From Octopus sinensis (lineage: Eukaryota), in NCBI RefSeq assembly GCF_006345805.1, contig NC_043013.1, positions 54,622,001-54,686,000 on the forward strand: a DNA stretch of 64,000 nucleotides, read 5' to 3'. Made by a program: the position numbers and the translations under genes. Shown piece after piece: positions 12,601 to 26,589 of this stretch. Under the pieces are notes generated by a model. That model was not told where the DNA came from and did not search any database. It saw only the letters and a list, made by a program, of their open reading frames with translations. How positions within the stretch are numbered: position 1 is the first letter of the stretch; every line of letters starts with the position of its first letter.

Positions 12601-12951
12601 ACTAAAAATAGAGAAGTTGTGCGTGCATGTGTGTGGATGGGTGGGTGGGGAGTTGCATGACCATGTGTATGTATGTATGTATGTATGTATGTATGTATGT
12701 ATGTATGTATGTATGTATGCATTGGTACATTTATATGTGTGTTAGGCAAGATGAAATTCATCCAGTCCATGCTGGGAATTGGTTAGGAATTGGACAGGAA
12801 GGGTACCCAGCTACAAAAACCATCTTGAAGGTAGAACATGGAGATTTTCCAGTGTGCAGTGACAAGTGACCCAGCAGAGGAGGTGGGACAATTTGAGACT
12901 CATTCAACTGGTGCAAAAATGCAAGCAAAAATATTAAAAGGATGAAGAAGA

Positions 12952-12992
<41 letters not shown>

Positions 12993-13180
12993 CCTTTCTA
13001 CTAATGGCACAAATCTGAAATTTTGTTGGGGAGAGGCTAGTTGATTAGAGCAACCCCAGTATACAACTGGTACTTAATTTATTGACTCCAAAAGGATGAA
13101 AAGCAAAGTTGACCCCAGCAGAATTTCAACTTAGAATGTAAACATGGATGAGATGCCATATGCACTGCTCTCTCACTCAA

Positions 13181-13213
13181 TAATAATAGTAATAATAATA
13201 ATAATTATTATAG

Positions 13214-13277
<64 letters not shown>

Positions 13278-13302
13278 TATAGTAATAATAATAATAATAA
13301 TT

Positions 13303-13342
<40 letters not shown>
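13181..13342. repeat. (AAT)n microsatellite, about 160 bp
   Basis: Directly visible; it generates the poly-I and poly-Y ORFs in the track. Confidence 0.98.
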
Positions 13343-13343
<1 letters not shown>

Positions 13344-13720
13344 GGTTCATTATTTTGCCAGCCCTGGCTGTTCCATGTTCCACTTGTGGCTGTCTGCTAT
13401 TTCTGCTGTCAGCAACAAACCATATCACATCTTTGTTTTTCCTCAGAACATTTCTCTCAGCTTTAACTTCATTATCCATTCTCCTCTTTCTCCAAAACCC
13501 ACCCACCCCTCACCTTTACTTCTGTATGTGCAGACAAGCAGCAGGTCTCCATATCAAAACTAACTGGTGACAGTAATGGTTCAGTTTTATTAAACCGCCT
13601 CAGCAAAGCCTTTTCTACACATTTTAATGATTGAGACATTAAAATAATGATGATGATTGAGATGTAATGATGATGATGACTATCAACGATACAGTCGAGG
13701 GTACTTTTTGAGGTATCTCA

Positions 13721-13780
<60 letters not shown>

Positions 13781-14309
13781 CTTGTCAAATTTATGCAAAC
13801 CTTTAGCCACAGTACAAATATACATACATACATATGTGTGTCTGTGTGTGCATGATAGTGTGTATACACAAATTTTCTTATATTTCCTAATGGTTGATAA
13901 AGTTAGCCAAGTTTGGATTGCAACAGTGTGCTCAAAAAGTATCAGCATGGATTTTGAAATCCCCATTTCTTTGTGTTGTGTGTGTGTGCGTGTATGTGTG
14001 TGTGTACACACACACAGGTTCAGGGTAATGAAAGCCATGAGATATTTCCCTTAGCAGTAGCAGCTGACAGTTGAAAGGAAGGTGGGGCATTGCTGAAGTT
14101 CTCAGACAGTAATACAGTATAAATCACACCTCTGTTATATGGAGCCAGCTAATGACTGCAGCTGTCCACACACATTCATCACATTCTCATCATAGCATTC
14201 TTTTGTACCTCCTACTAGGGATAAATGCATTCTATTGGAATGTCTGTTGAATGCTTTCTCCACTCCCATCGTATTTTCTCATTATATGTGTAGCTAGTAA
14301 TCTTCAATC

Positions 14310-14345
<36 letters not shown>

Positions 14346-14674
14346 TGCCATGCAATCGATCAATCAATCAAACAATCAATCAATCAATCCGTCAATCAGC
14401 CAGTCTCTCTGTCTATCTCGCTAGCTACACACACATGTGTGTATGTGTGCACATGCATAAACACAATGTCCTATTTAAAACAACTAAGTTCATCTTGGAA
14501 GATTGAAAACATCTTTGATGTATTCTTCTACGTTATATTTTGATCTCTGGTTATCATCAGGTGTCTTATTCCTTGATGCATATGTAATTCCAGACTGGAT
14601 TTGAACTAGGAATATTATATCTAAATAAACTTTCTTATCTACTGGGTTGATTCAGGCATATGTATATATTTCAT

Positions 14675-14880
14675 TACTACACACAAGGGGCTAAACACAG
14701 AGGGTAGAAACAAGGAGAGACAAACGGATTAAGTGCATAAATGGTACTTAATTTATTGACCTTGAAAGGATGAAAGGCAAAGTTGACTTTGGCAGAATTT
14801 GAACTCAGAACATAACGCCAGACGGAATACAGCTATTCATTTCACCCAGTGTGCTAATGATTCTGCCAGCTCGTCGCCTT
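14675..14880 (-). mobile_element. SINE family B (tRNA head plus Deu/Nin-like domain)
   Basis: Reverse complement of aaggcg.cgagctggcagaa...ttctgagttcaaatt...gtcaactttgcctttcatcc...ggtc.ataaattaagtacc. Confidence 0.8.
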
Positions 14881-15154
14881 TTCATGCATATGTATAAATA
14901 CACACATAAATTTTGCTTCTTTTTTCTCATCCCACTTTTTGCACCAATCATCTTCACATTTTTTTCCATGTTTTTTCTTATTTTCTTACTGTCCAGCATC
15001 CTTGTTTTCAAACAGTATATACAACGCACAAACAGTGCCTGAAAGATTGCTTTTAGGTTACAAGACATAGTTTATGAATATACCAGCTCAAGTCTCATAA
15101 AACCATGAAACTATTAGGCTCTTTTGGTTGTGTGTGTATAAGGTATTTTGGTGA

Positions 15155-15233
15155 TTTAAATAAGAGTTTTGACTGTTATTTCCTGCAGGTCGACATACTT
15201 AGTATGCCCTTTGATTAATCTTAATCCTTCAGC
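15155..15233 (+). repeat. Copy of the repeat that forms the arms of the 50132-50283 palindrome
   Basis: gttttgactgttatttcctgcaggtcgacatacttagtatgccctttgattaatcttaatccttcagcta closely matches 50224-50292. Confidence 0.75.
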
Positions 15234-15234
15234 T

Positions 15235-15722
15235 ATATATATATATATACACACACTATATATATATATATACACACACATATATATATATATATACACA
15301 CGTATATATAATATATATAATATATATATAGACATATATATATATATACACACACACATATATATTATATACCACACACATATATATATATACAATATAT
15401 ATATATATACATATTACATACACATATGTATATATAACACAATATTATATATATATACACACATATATATTATATATACACACACATATATAGTATATAT
15501 ATATATATATTGTGTGTATATATTACATATGTGTGTATATATATATATGTGTATATATATATGTGTGTATATATATATATGTGTGTATATATATATATAT
15601 ATATGTGTATATATATATATATATGTGTATAATATATATAAATTATGTGTGTATATATATATATATATAAATATAATGTGTGTATAATATATATATGTGT
15701 GTGTGTATATATATATATATGG

Positions 15723-15792
<70 letters not shown>

Positions 15793-15815
15793 GTGTGTGT
15801 ATATATATATATATA

Positions 15816-15862
<47 letters not shown>

Positions 15863-15911
15863 ATATATATATGTGTATATATATATATATGTATTTATAT
15901 ATATATATATA

Positions 15912-15944
<33 letters not shown>

Positions 15945-15945
15945 G
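15235..15945. repeat. Compound (TA)n/(TG)n/(CA)n microsatellite field
   Basis: Directly visible. Similar fields lie at about 9870-10470, 11420-11830, 16465-17085, 41625-42112, 47220-47455, 50440-50725, 51305-51665 and 52070-52920. Confidence 0.98.
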
Positions 15946-16410
15946 TATCATCATCATCATCATCATTTAACGTCCGCTTTCCATGTTAGCATGGGTTGGA
16001 CGGTTCAACTGGGGTCTGGGGAGCCCGAAAGCTGCACCAGTCCAGTCAGATCTGGCAGTGTTTTTACAGCTGGATGCCCTTCCTAACGCCAACCACTCCG
16101 AGAGTGTAGTGGGTGATTTTATGTGCCACCGACACAGGTGCCAGACGAGGCTGGCAAACAGCCACGCTCGGATGGTGTTTTTTTTATGTGCCACCGACAC
16201 AGGTGCCAGACGAGGCTGGCAGACGGCCACGCTCGGATGGTGTTTTTATGTGCCACCGACACAGGTGCCAGATGAGGCTGGCAAACAGCCACGATCGGAT
16301 GGTGTTTGTTACGTGCCCACAGCACAGAGGCCAGTCGATGCGGTACTGGCTACGGCCACATTCGGATGGTTTTCTTGTGTGCCACGTGCCACCGGCACTG
16401 GTACCACAAA
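15946..16410 (-). mobile_element. Family C element with an internal 62-65 bp tandem array
   Basis: (CAT)n tail at 15946-15966, family C body, then three near-identical units (atgtgccaccgacacaggtgccagacgaggctggc...ggatggtgttt) starting at 16121, 16186 and 16248, plus a diverged fourth at 16311. Confidence 0.85.
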
Positions 16411-16491
16411 GATACAAATTCCATTGATGTTCGTCTATTTTGATTTGTTTTGATTTGATTTGATTATATATAATATATGTGTGTATATATA

Positions 16492-16538
<47 letters not shown>

Positions 16539-16608
16539 GTATATATATGTATATATATAATATATATATATATATAATATAATGTGGGTGTGTTTATATA
16601 TATATATA

Positions 16609-16644
<36 letters not shown>

Positions 16645-16692
16645 TGTGTATATATATATATGTGTGTATATATATATGTATATATATATATA

Positions 16693-16723
<31 letters not shown>

Positions 16724-17012
16724 GTGTGTGTATATATATATATATATATAATATATATATATATGTGTGTATATTATATATATGTGTGTATATATATATG
16801 TATATATATATATATGTGTATATATATATATTATGCGTATATATATGTGTGTATAATATATATATGTGTATATATATATGTGTGTGTATTATATATATAT
16901 ATGTATATATATATATTATATATATTTAAATATAATATATATAATGTATATATTATATTATATATAATATTATATATGTAGTATATATATATATATTATA
17001 TATATTATATAT

Positions 17013-17050
<38 letters not shown>

Positions 17051-17171
17051 ATATTATATATATATATATATAATGTATAATATTAATTCGAGACAAAAAC
17101 CCACTATTTTGCAAAACAAACAAGGAAAAACTTAATCAATACATAAAAATTTTAATATAAGAAATAAACCG

Positions 17172-17214
17172 CCACTACAATCGTTTCATGTCTTCAATGA
17201 CATTCGTCAGGTGG
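17172..17214 (-). ncRNA. Minimal type I hammerhead ribozyme, intact core
   Basis: Minus strand reads CCAC-CUGACGA-AUGUC[AUUGAA]GACAU-GAA-AC[GAUU]GU-A-GUGG; all conserved core nucleotides are present, all three stems pair and the triplet is GUA. Confidence 0.85.
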
Positions 17215-17263
17215 ATTTCGATCTCCTAATCTGTTTTAATATATATATATAATATATATATGT

Positions 17264-17295
<32 letters not shown>

Positions 17296-17549
17296 ATAAT
17301 ATATGTATATATATATATATACATAGTGGGTGCTTTTACATGCCACCGGCACGAGGGCCAGTCATGTGGTACTGGCAATGGCATGCTCAAATAGTGCTTT
17401 TATGTGCCATCTGCACATATATTTTTTTTCTATTCTAGACACACAACCCAAAATTTTTGGAGAAGCGGTCAGTCAATTAGATCGACACCAGTACGCAACT
17501 GGTACTTAATTTATCGATCCCAAAAGGATGAAAGGTAAATACACCTGTG

Positions 17550-17735
17550 CTGGTGGTATGTAAAGAGCACCTGGTACGCTCTGCAAAGTGATTGGCATTA
17601 GGAAGGGCACCCAACTGCAGAAACCATGCCACAACAGACAACTGGAGTCTGGATAGCTCTACAGCTGGTCAGCTCCAGTTAAATCTGTCTAACCCATGCC
17701 AGCATGGAAAATGGACGTTAAATGATGATGATGAT
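17550..17735 (+). mobile_element. Family C (RTE-type tail) copy
   Basis: ggcattaggaagggcacccaactgcagaaacc...aacccatgccagcatggaaaatggacgttaaatgatgatg. Confidence 0.8.
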
Positions 17736-18749
17736 GTTGGATAATATATTTTTGCTAACAATGGCATTATTGTTTATAAGTGATGAATCACTGGTTTGTG
17801 TACATTTTGGTGTGGTGAGGGACAAGGGGGTTTCTTTGAAGCTCAGAAAGAATAAATACCACAAAGTTATTTGAGGACAAGAGGACACAAACACACACAC
17901 ATACATACATACCACACATACATACATACACGCATGTGTGCATGTGCATGTGTGTGAAGCTGCATGGCCTAATGGTTAGTTGATATCATGGGATATATGC
18001 GTGTGTGTGTATACACAATAGGCTTCTTTCAGTTTGCATCTACGAAATCCATTCTTAAAGCTTTAGTTGGCTTGGGGCTGTTATGTGTCACTTTTAACGA
18101 TTATAAGGAGATTAATCTGCTATTTCTAGCATGTCAGTTAACCATATAGGGACTTCTTTCTCAGTTCAAGTATGCGTTTATGTTATATGTTTGTACTGTG
18201 TGGGGGGTTATCTAAGTTATAAACAAAACAACCGTTGATTCAGAAGCAAAGGTCCTAAGATCAAACCACTGTAATAATTTTAAAAAATTGTTTCCTGATA
18301 CAGGATGTAGGATAGAAAGGGTAAATTCTGTGTATGCGTGTATGCATGTGTGTGTGTGTGTGCATGTGTGTGTGAATGTGTACGGATGTGTTGGGTGGGA
18401 TGTTAAGGGGAAAAAAAAGAGAAAATGTTTAAGGGAAAAAAAAATTTCTGTTTGTAGCTGAATAAATGTAAAAGTAAGATGAAACCAGTAGGACACATGC
18501 TGTGATAATGACTGGTATATTTAGAGTGACACCTAATATTACTAATTACATATCATCTCTGGAATAGTAGAGAATGCCATAAAAGAAAGTCAGAAGAATG
18601 GTAAGTGCGGAGATGGTGCGTATAAAAACATTTATAGTTTTGTCACTAAAACATTTAGCAGCAGGGACTAAATGTTTGTTGTTTAATTTTTCATTTACAA
18701 AGTTTACTCCCAACTGAGTTTTATTTATTTATTTCCATATTTATATATG

Positions 18750-18784
<35 letters not shown>

Positions 18785-19414
18785 TTCTTTTTTCCTTCTA
18801 CATGAGAACTGCCAAAGAGAACCATGTCTTAGTTTACATTTGAGAGCAGCTAAAAATACAGGCCACAAGAATTAACACATTACAACAGAAAACACCACAC
18901 TATAACATTTGATCATCTTTTGGGGTCCCTTTTTGCTTCATTTTAAGTACTTAATCTTTTTTTATCTATGTAATTATGTTTTTATGTGTGGTGTGTGTGT
19001 TGTGTGTGTGTGTGTGTATGTGTCCCTCACTTTGTCTTGACATCACATGGTTGTGGTAAATGAATGTTATTCACTCCTGATATTCTGGAAAAACTTGCCT
19101 GGCCAAGAAGAATTATCAACTTGCTTGAAAAAAGGTAAAGGTTGGGGACTGGAAAGGCATCCAGCCATAGAGAATCTGCCTCAGTGAACTACTTCTAACC
19201 CATGCACGTATGGAAAAGGGGACATGTTAAAATGATGATGGTGGTGGTATATAGATCCAGGTGTGGTTGTATGGTTCACAATTATGTAGTTTCAGGTTCA
19301 AACCTATTGTGTGTCATCTTTGGTAAATGCCTTCTACTATAACCTTAGGCCAGACAATATCTTAGGAGTGAACTTGGGAGACAGACATAATTTGGATGCC
19401 TGTGTGTGCATGTG

Positions 19415-19464
<50 letters not shown>

Positions 19465-20290
19465 TAACTTGACAGCCAGTGTTGGTGTGTCTATGTCCCT
19501 GTAACTTAACAGTACAGCAGAAAGTGACTGATAGAATAAACACTGGGATTTAAGAGAAGTGATTAGGTTGACTTAAATCAGTAAACCATTCAAGGCAGTG
19601 CTCCAGTATGGTCACAATCCAGTTGCTTAAGACACACCAGCTTGCTTCTTTTTTCTCTTTCCTTCTTTCTCAAATCAGTGAGAATTTTTCTATGACTGAA
19701 AGACTAACTGCAAGTATGAATCCTTCTAGGAACTCTGAGAACATAATCCCAGACTGGAGTATTACTTGAAACAGACTGATTCCACTAAAAGCAGTTGTTG
19801 ACCAGGTAATGGTATGGAACCAAGTAACAGATGAAACCTACCAAGCTAAAATAATAATTGTTCCTTCAACAGCCTTCCATATAGTTTCTGTCAACCAAAT
19901 TTTCCTCACAACATTTCTGATTGATTCACTGCTTTAGTAAGAAATTCTAGTTTAAGCTTCTACACAGCAGGTCTCGAACCCAATTCTACACAATGAAGAA
20001 ATGAACTTCTAGACCACATGCTCACATCTATAAGGAATACCTATTTCCTTGACAGAACTGGTGGTGTAACGGACATCCCATAAAGTTGTGTGTTTGAATC
20101 ACACGAGGTTCAACTTTGACATTGATCAAATATCTGTCAGTAAAATATCACAATATAGGCAATAAAATTAATTATATCCTCCTTGTAAAATTTAATTTTT
20201 GTGCTTAATGCTAGATATAAATAAACAGTTTAGCTATTCTTCTCAGAATGTTAGGCCATGGAATTCTCTCTCTCTGCGAGAGAGAGAATT

Positions 20291-20498
20291 AAGGTGGTGA
20301 GCTGGCAGAAACGTTAGCACGCCAGGTGAAATGCGTAGCCGTATTTCGTCTGCCGTTACATTCTGAGTTCAAATTCCGCCGAGGTCGACTTTGCCTTTCA
20401 TCCTTTTGGGATCGATAAATTAAGTACTGGGGTCGATATAATCGACTTAATCCATTTGTCTGTCCTTGCTTGTCCCCTGTATGTTTAGCCCCTTATGG
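20291..20498 (+). mobile_element. SINE family B (tRNA head plus Deu/Nin-like domain), near full length
   Basis: aaggtggtgagctggcagaaacgttagc, B box gagttcaaattcc, then gaggtcgactttgcctttcatccttttgggatcgataaattaagtac, which resembles the DeuSINE/Nin conserved domain. Confidence 0.85.
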
Positions 20499-22153
20499 GT
20501 TATATAGAAACAGGAATTCTCTCTCTGCAGTAGTTGATAGCAGAATTTTAAAGGCAACAATCTCACTGGTCTTGCAGAGTCTAAGAAAGCCATGGACTGA
20601 GTCTTTTCCTCCAACCCAGACAAGAGAAAGGAAAATTCTAGGATTATCTCCACTGCAACCTCAAACCAAACATGGAATATCCAATATCTCCAGGGTTTAG
20701 AATGCCAATAAATATTACAAATATACTTGGAGGAAAGAATTTTAATGTCTAAAAAGATAAGAGGCATTTAGAAATAGTTATCATTTTCCCATCTGCCTTG
20801 TCTTCATCTGTACCGTTACCGTTATTTTATGCATTTATTATAAACATTAAAGCTATTTTCTCATTGTCAATGTCTTCCCTTCTAATATTTGTAATTGCTG
20901 TTGTTGTTGTCATCGTTGTCAGTGGAATCATCGATATTCTTCAAAGTTGCACAAAATCATTTCTTTCTTTTTCTTTTTTTTTATATTCTCTTCTCTGTGA
21001 CAGCAAAGTCAGGACAGAATTCTTAATAGATGAATAAATCATGGAATATTAAAGACAGCCAAGCAGCAGAAAAAACAGAACCAAACCGATTCTATCTGGA
21101 TTTCTGTATTTCATATCATTAATGTTCTTCTACAAACCTACCACTTCGTTATATATCAATCTTCTTTTCCCTTCCCCCTCTCCACCACCACACATCACTA
21201 CCCACCCCCACCATTCTATAGCCCCCCACCCGCCTCCTCCCTACTCCCTCCCATAGACTCTTCAACATATTAGACTTTGTAGTAGACACACATGTCTTGT
21301 GGAGGTAACCAAAGTATTTTATGAATGTTTAGCGTTTGGTATTCACAGCTTATTTCTTCATCTTCTGCTGATATTCTTTAACAACGACATTTACTACTCA
21401 GATGGAAGCTTGTTGCTTTCCTCTGCCTCTCTCTCTATCTCTCTCACCTCCAACAAAGAAGCCTCTCTCTCACTGCTTTTACCATATGTGTACACCTTTA
21501 AGACATTCACCCTGCCAGAATCTCACCAACTCTTTCTGTCTCTTGCATTTATTCACACACAGTTACACACGCTTTCTCTCGCTTACTAGTATTACTCTCT
21601 CCCTCTTTACTCCTCTCTTTCTCTCTCTTTACCCACTCACTTTCTGTCTCTTTTATTTTTTTATTTCAACATTTGTTATTTTTAGTTTTCATTATTTTCT
21701 TAATTAAAAAAAAAAGGAAACTGCTTGTCTACTTTTCTTTCTTCCTCTAATCCTCATTGTCTTCCTCTCATTCTCTTCTCTCTTTCCTCTACCCCACACC
21801 CTTCTGTCACAACCTGCTCTTTTATCCACTTTCTTATTTGTTTTCCCTTTCACACACAGTTTCCCTGATTTCTTTCATTTCCACCCCAGACATTACATTC
21901 CATATCTTCTCCCCCTGCCCATCCTGTCTCCCTCCTCTTTTTTTCCAGCCACCCATTTTCCATTCTTATAGATTTCCTTCACACTCCTCTCATTCTAATG
22001 TAGGACTGCCACCCTCTTAACAGCATTATAGACACCCTCCCCACAGCAAAGTAACAGACAGGGGCCAATACTATATTCATTTATGGATTGTAAGTAGTCA
22101 AGAGACTGGGTCCTCCAGGCAACTATCCAGAGAGGCTATATCTGCCCTGACAG

Positions 22154-22324
22154 CACCAGTGTAGGTAGAGTGTGTGCTGGCCCATGGTGGCCCTTCCATT
22201 TGCTGCACCTGGATGCCGCAAATAACACACATTGCCTACAGCAGACCCAATAGTGGTGCCCCTTTAAAAGTGCTGCCTGGGGTGGACTGCTCCTGCCACC
22301 CCACTCCCCCAAGCTACACTAGTG
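22154..22324. mobile_element. hAT-type MITE, 171 bp, 11-bp TIRs, perfect 8-bp TSD
   Basis: cctgacag|CACCAGTGTAG...CTACACTAGTG|cctgacag, with TSDs at 22146-22153 and 22325-22332 and 10/11 TIR match. A related decayed copy lies at about 62335-62500. Confidence 0.85.
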
Positions 22325-23137
22325 CCTGACAGCCCTTCACATTCAAAGTTCAAGACCTACCAATGTTGATTTCGTCATTACAGATCAATTAATTTAATAC
22401 CAGTGAAATCCTTCCGTTGATATATTTGTCAACAACTCACCCACCTTGCTGTGAAGTTTGTCACATACTTCCGACATCTTAGATCAATATTTACTCAACA
22501 TTATCTCTGCTTAATAAACTTAATAAATAAAGTTGTGTCTCACCCCACCATCCTTATTCATCTACCCACCAACTACATCTCTGGATCATACCTTCCTCCC
22601 TTTTACTTCCACTCACCCCTTCCTCACCTCATATCTACTATATCTTTGTCTCAGCAACTAGTTCACTCCACCACCACCACCACCACCAACTCCCTCTCCC
22701 ACCCCCCTTTCATTATTCCCTCAATATCTTTTTGCTATTCATTCATTGTTTCAATTCTTGCTGTTATATCCAAACTTTCAATTCTTATTTCAGGTTCCTT
22801 TATATCAATGACTTTTATGAACACAAACACACACTTGTGTGTGTGCGCACACACACACACACACACACTCAAATGCATGCATGTAGGTACGTAAAACTAC
22901 ATCATATAAACGTCTGCCCATGTGTGTGTGTTTGTGTATACACACACATATCAGTGTAATTATATGAATTTCCTTCCTCGCTTCTCAAATATACACATAC
23001 ATAATATCTGTGTGTAAATAGTGGTTGATCTCTTCATTTTTCCAGTCTTAAATCATATTTGGAGATGTTTAATTTTAAGAACTTAATACGAGATTATATA
23101 AAAAAAATCTTAAAATGTTTTTGCATCACACACACAA

Positions 23138-23203
<66 letters not shown>

Positions 23204-23493
23204 ATGTGTAGGTAATTTGAGGGAATAATTATAATTCAGGCTGTCACCTCATTAACACTTCATGTAAGAACCTGACTAGTGTTGTATATCTGTATGTGGT
23301 AGAGAAGGAAAAAATGTTTGTTTACTGAAACGATCATAACATCAATTTGAATTTTTCCTTTCTTTATTTATATATATATAATCATATATATATATATCAT
23401 ATATATATATTGTGTGTGTGTGTGTATGCAAAATTACATTTGACCCTCAGGCTGATAACTGATGACTGTTTGGTGATCTTTTGTGTCTATATG

Positions 23494-23568
<75 letters not shown>

Positions 23569-24110
23569 TAGAGTATTACCTGTCATATGATGGATAACTT
23601 TGGAAGTATACTTTAGACACTTGGCAATATCAGAAAATATGGCTTACACATAATAATTTAAACTTACATTTTTATCAAAATTCTTGGTGCTTCAAAATGA
23701 TGAAGCACTCACTAATTCTCAAAAGGAAACCATTTATTACCTTAAAATAAAATTAAATGAAACAAGTTTCTCATTTGTATATTTCCAATATGTTATTAGT
23801 TTTCGAAATTTTATAAGCATAACCACAATCTAATCCATCGGAAACCGATCTCTACAAAATTTCATTAAAAAATGTGTATTTTTTTCTTTCATAAATTCAT
23901 TTGGCACTCATACTGCAACTCTCTCTGTTATCTCTCTTTAGTCTCTCTCTCTCTCTCTCTGTTATCTGTCTATAATTCTCTCTCGCCTCCTCTCTCCAAC
24001 TTGACTGGAATTATCAACTTGACTGGAATTATCAACCAACCAATATATCAGATAATATTATATAGAAGTATTAACTTACTACTACTACTACTACTACTAC
24101 AACTACTACT

Positions 24111-24575
24111 AAGATGGTGAGCTGGCTGAATCAATAGCACATCAGACAAAATGCATAGTGGCATTTCTTCCAGTTTCAAGTCCTGAGTTCAAATTCCACT
24201 GGGGTCGACTTTGCCTTTCATTCTTTTGGAGCTGATTAAACAAGTACCAGTGAAACACTGGGGTCCAATGTAATCGATTTGATCCCTTTGCCCAAATTTC
24301 GGGCCTTGTGCCTATAGTAAAAAGGATTATTATTATCATCATCATCATCATCATCAAGGCTGCGAACTGGCAGAATCATTACCATGCTAGGCAAAATGCT
24401 AAGTGACATTTCGTCTGTCTGTATGTTCTAAGTTCAAATTCCGTGGAGGTCGATTTTACCTTTCATCCTTTTGGTGGGGTCAATAAAATGAGTACTAGTG
24501 GAATACTAGGGCTGATGTAATCAACGTATCCCCTCCTCCAGAATTGCTGGCCTTGTGCCAAAATTTAAAACCATT
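24111..24575 (+). mobile_element. Two tandem SINE family B copies (24111-24335 and 24356-24575)
   Basis: Each has gagttcaaattcc or aagttcaaattcc followed by the gtcga.ttt.cctttcat.cttttgg domain and the ...ggccttgtgcc tail; they are separated by (ATT/ATC)n. Confidence 0.8.
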
Positions 24576-25494
24576 ATCACTTTCATTATTTTATTGTCAT
24601 TGCACAGCTTCTAATGCTGGAGATGTATTATAGTGTCAGCTGTTCACTACCAGTGAACTTAAGGTAACACCCCTTATTTTTCAAGCACCACTCGGAGTAT
24701 TCAAGCAGTTGCAAGCTTATTATTATTATTATTATTTTAAAGCCATTAAAAGTAATTTTTGTGTCCCATTTCAAGCCTTATCTTTTATTTAACTGTTAAA
24801 ACTTAGTGATATAAGCCATGAATGGCAATCTTCAAGATGCTTTTTCCTGCACATCAAATTGATCGCTACATATAAATAGTAAAAAGGTTATCAATAATTG
24901 ATTCCTACAGATATTGTACTCTCATAACAAAATTTCAATATATTTATTCATAATGTAATACAAGCTGAACTCTGCTTTCTTGACTTCATGGAAACATTGA
25001 TCACAGTCAAAATGTGTATTTATAAATTTTTACGACTGTCTGAAATCTGTTCTGTAATGAAAGTTTTAAATGGAGGGACATTACCATTTCTTGTTAACAC
25101 TCACATAAACTGCATGTTTCTGGGTTTTTTTTTAATCTTTCTTACTTGTCTCAGTCATTAGACTGTGGCCATGCTGGAGCACTGCCAGTCAAATGCATCA
25201 ACCCCGGGATTTTAAGTTTTCAAGCCTAGTAAATATTCTATTGGTCTTTTTTGGCTGAATCGATAAGTTATGGAACATAAACAAACCAATACAAGTGGCC
25301 AAGTGGTGGTGGAGGACAAACACAGACACAAAGACACACATACACACACACAAAATGGGCTTCTTTCTGTCTACCAAATCCACTCACAAGATATAGTTTG
25401 CCCACAGCTGTAGTAGAAGACACTTGGCCAAGGTGCTATGCAGTGGGACTGAACCTAAAACTATGTGGTAAGGAAGCAAGCTTCTTATTTCTTT

Positions 25495-25718
25495 ATTGCC
25501 TACAAGGGGCTAAACACAGAGGGTACAAACAAGGACAGACTAATGGATTAAGTTGATTATATCGATCCCAGCGTGTAACTGGTACTTATTTAATCGACCC
25601 CAAAAGGATGAAAGGCAAAGTCAACCTCGGTGGAATTTGAACTGAGAACGTAGTGGCAGACGAAATACCGCTAAGCTTTTCGCCCAGCGTGCTAATGTTT
25701 CTGCCAGCTTGCCGCCTT
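25495..25718 (-). mobile_element. SINE family B, full length
   Basis: Reverse complement aligns end to end with 20291-20498. Confidence 0.85.
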
Positions 25719-26589
25719 ACCACACAGCCACACCTACACCATAAGAACTCATTAAATAAGTAGGTTAATAGCCAGCTGGTTGTTTTCTTTTCCATACTAG
25801 GTTATGACAAACAACCATTCGCCTATTCTGACTGTCAAGCTACAGAGTGAACTGGTTAATTTAAATTTTAAATTAATTTCATTGTTTCAACTGGACTCTT
25901 CTAGTTGGATACTTAAACGAGCATCAGCAATAGTCAGTACTTGTCTAGTAGTCTCCTCCCACCGCCCCTCAATACCCCTCCTTTCTCTCACAGTGTCTTT
26001 GTACTTAAAGTCTCCCCCCCACCACCTCTTCTGCTATTCTTCCTCCCCCACCTCCACCTGAAGTGTCTCATTTACTCCCCCTTCTCCAACCCTTCCACCC
26101 CCACCCCCGTCAAAGCTTATTTCCTTCTATCTTCTTTCCTTTCTTTAACAATTTCAATAATCAAATGAAACATATTTATCAATGTCTCCACAGAACCAGC
26201 TTCAAGTGCAACGAATGCAACAAACCATAATATATTAGAAGATATTCTTTCAAATGTATATTTATTTACTGCTTACCAATTCTACTGAGTCCTTTTTGGA
26301 ACTAAAGAGAACTTAATCATTGAAATGCACATCATATACAACCATCATCACCATCATCATCATCACCACCACCACCACCACCACCACCATCATCATCATT
26401 TAATGCCCAACTTCCATGCTGGCATGGGTTGGATGGTTTGACAGGATCTGAAGGGTCCAAGAGCTGTATTGGGCTCCACTTGTCGGCTTTGGCATAGTTT
26501 CTATGGCTGGAAAACCCTTCCTAATGCCAACCATTACATACACTGTACTCTGCGTGTGTGTGTGTGTGTCCAGGCATTTGAATATCGTT

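Noticed and set aside
14520-14570. Minus-strand CUGAUGA followed by AUC-AAAAU...GUA
   Set aside because: Stem II would have to overlap the core, GAAAC has two changes and stem I does not pair.
16121-16400. CRISPR-like array (also considered for 48651-48828)
   Set aside because: Units are contiguous with no unique spacers, there are no cas genes, and the context is eukaryotic.
23300-23345. GAAAC-GAUC-AUA, resembling the 17172 stem III
   Set aside because: No CUGANGA box or stem II upstream.
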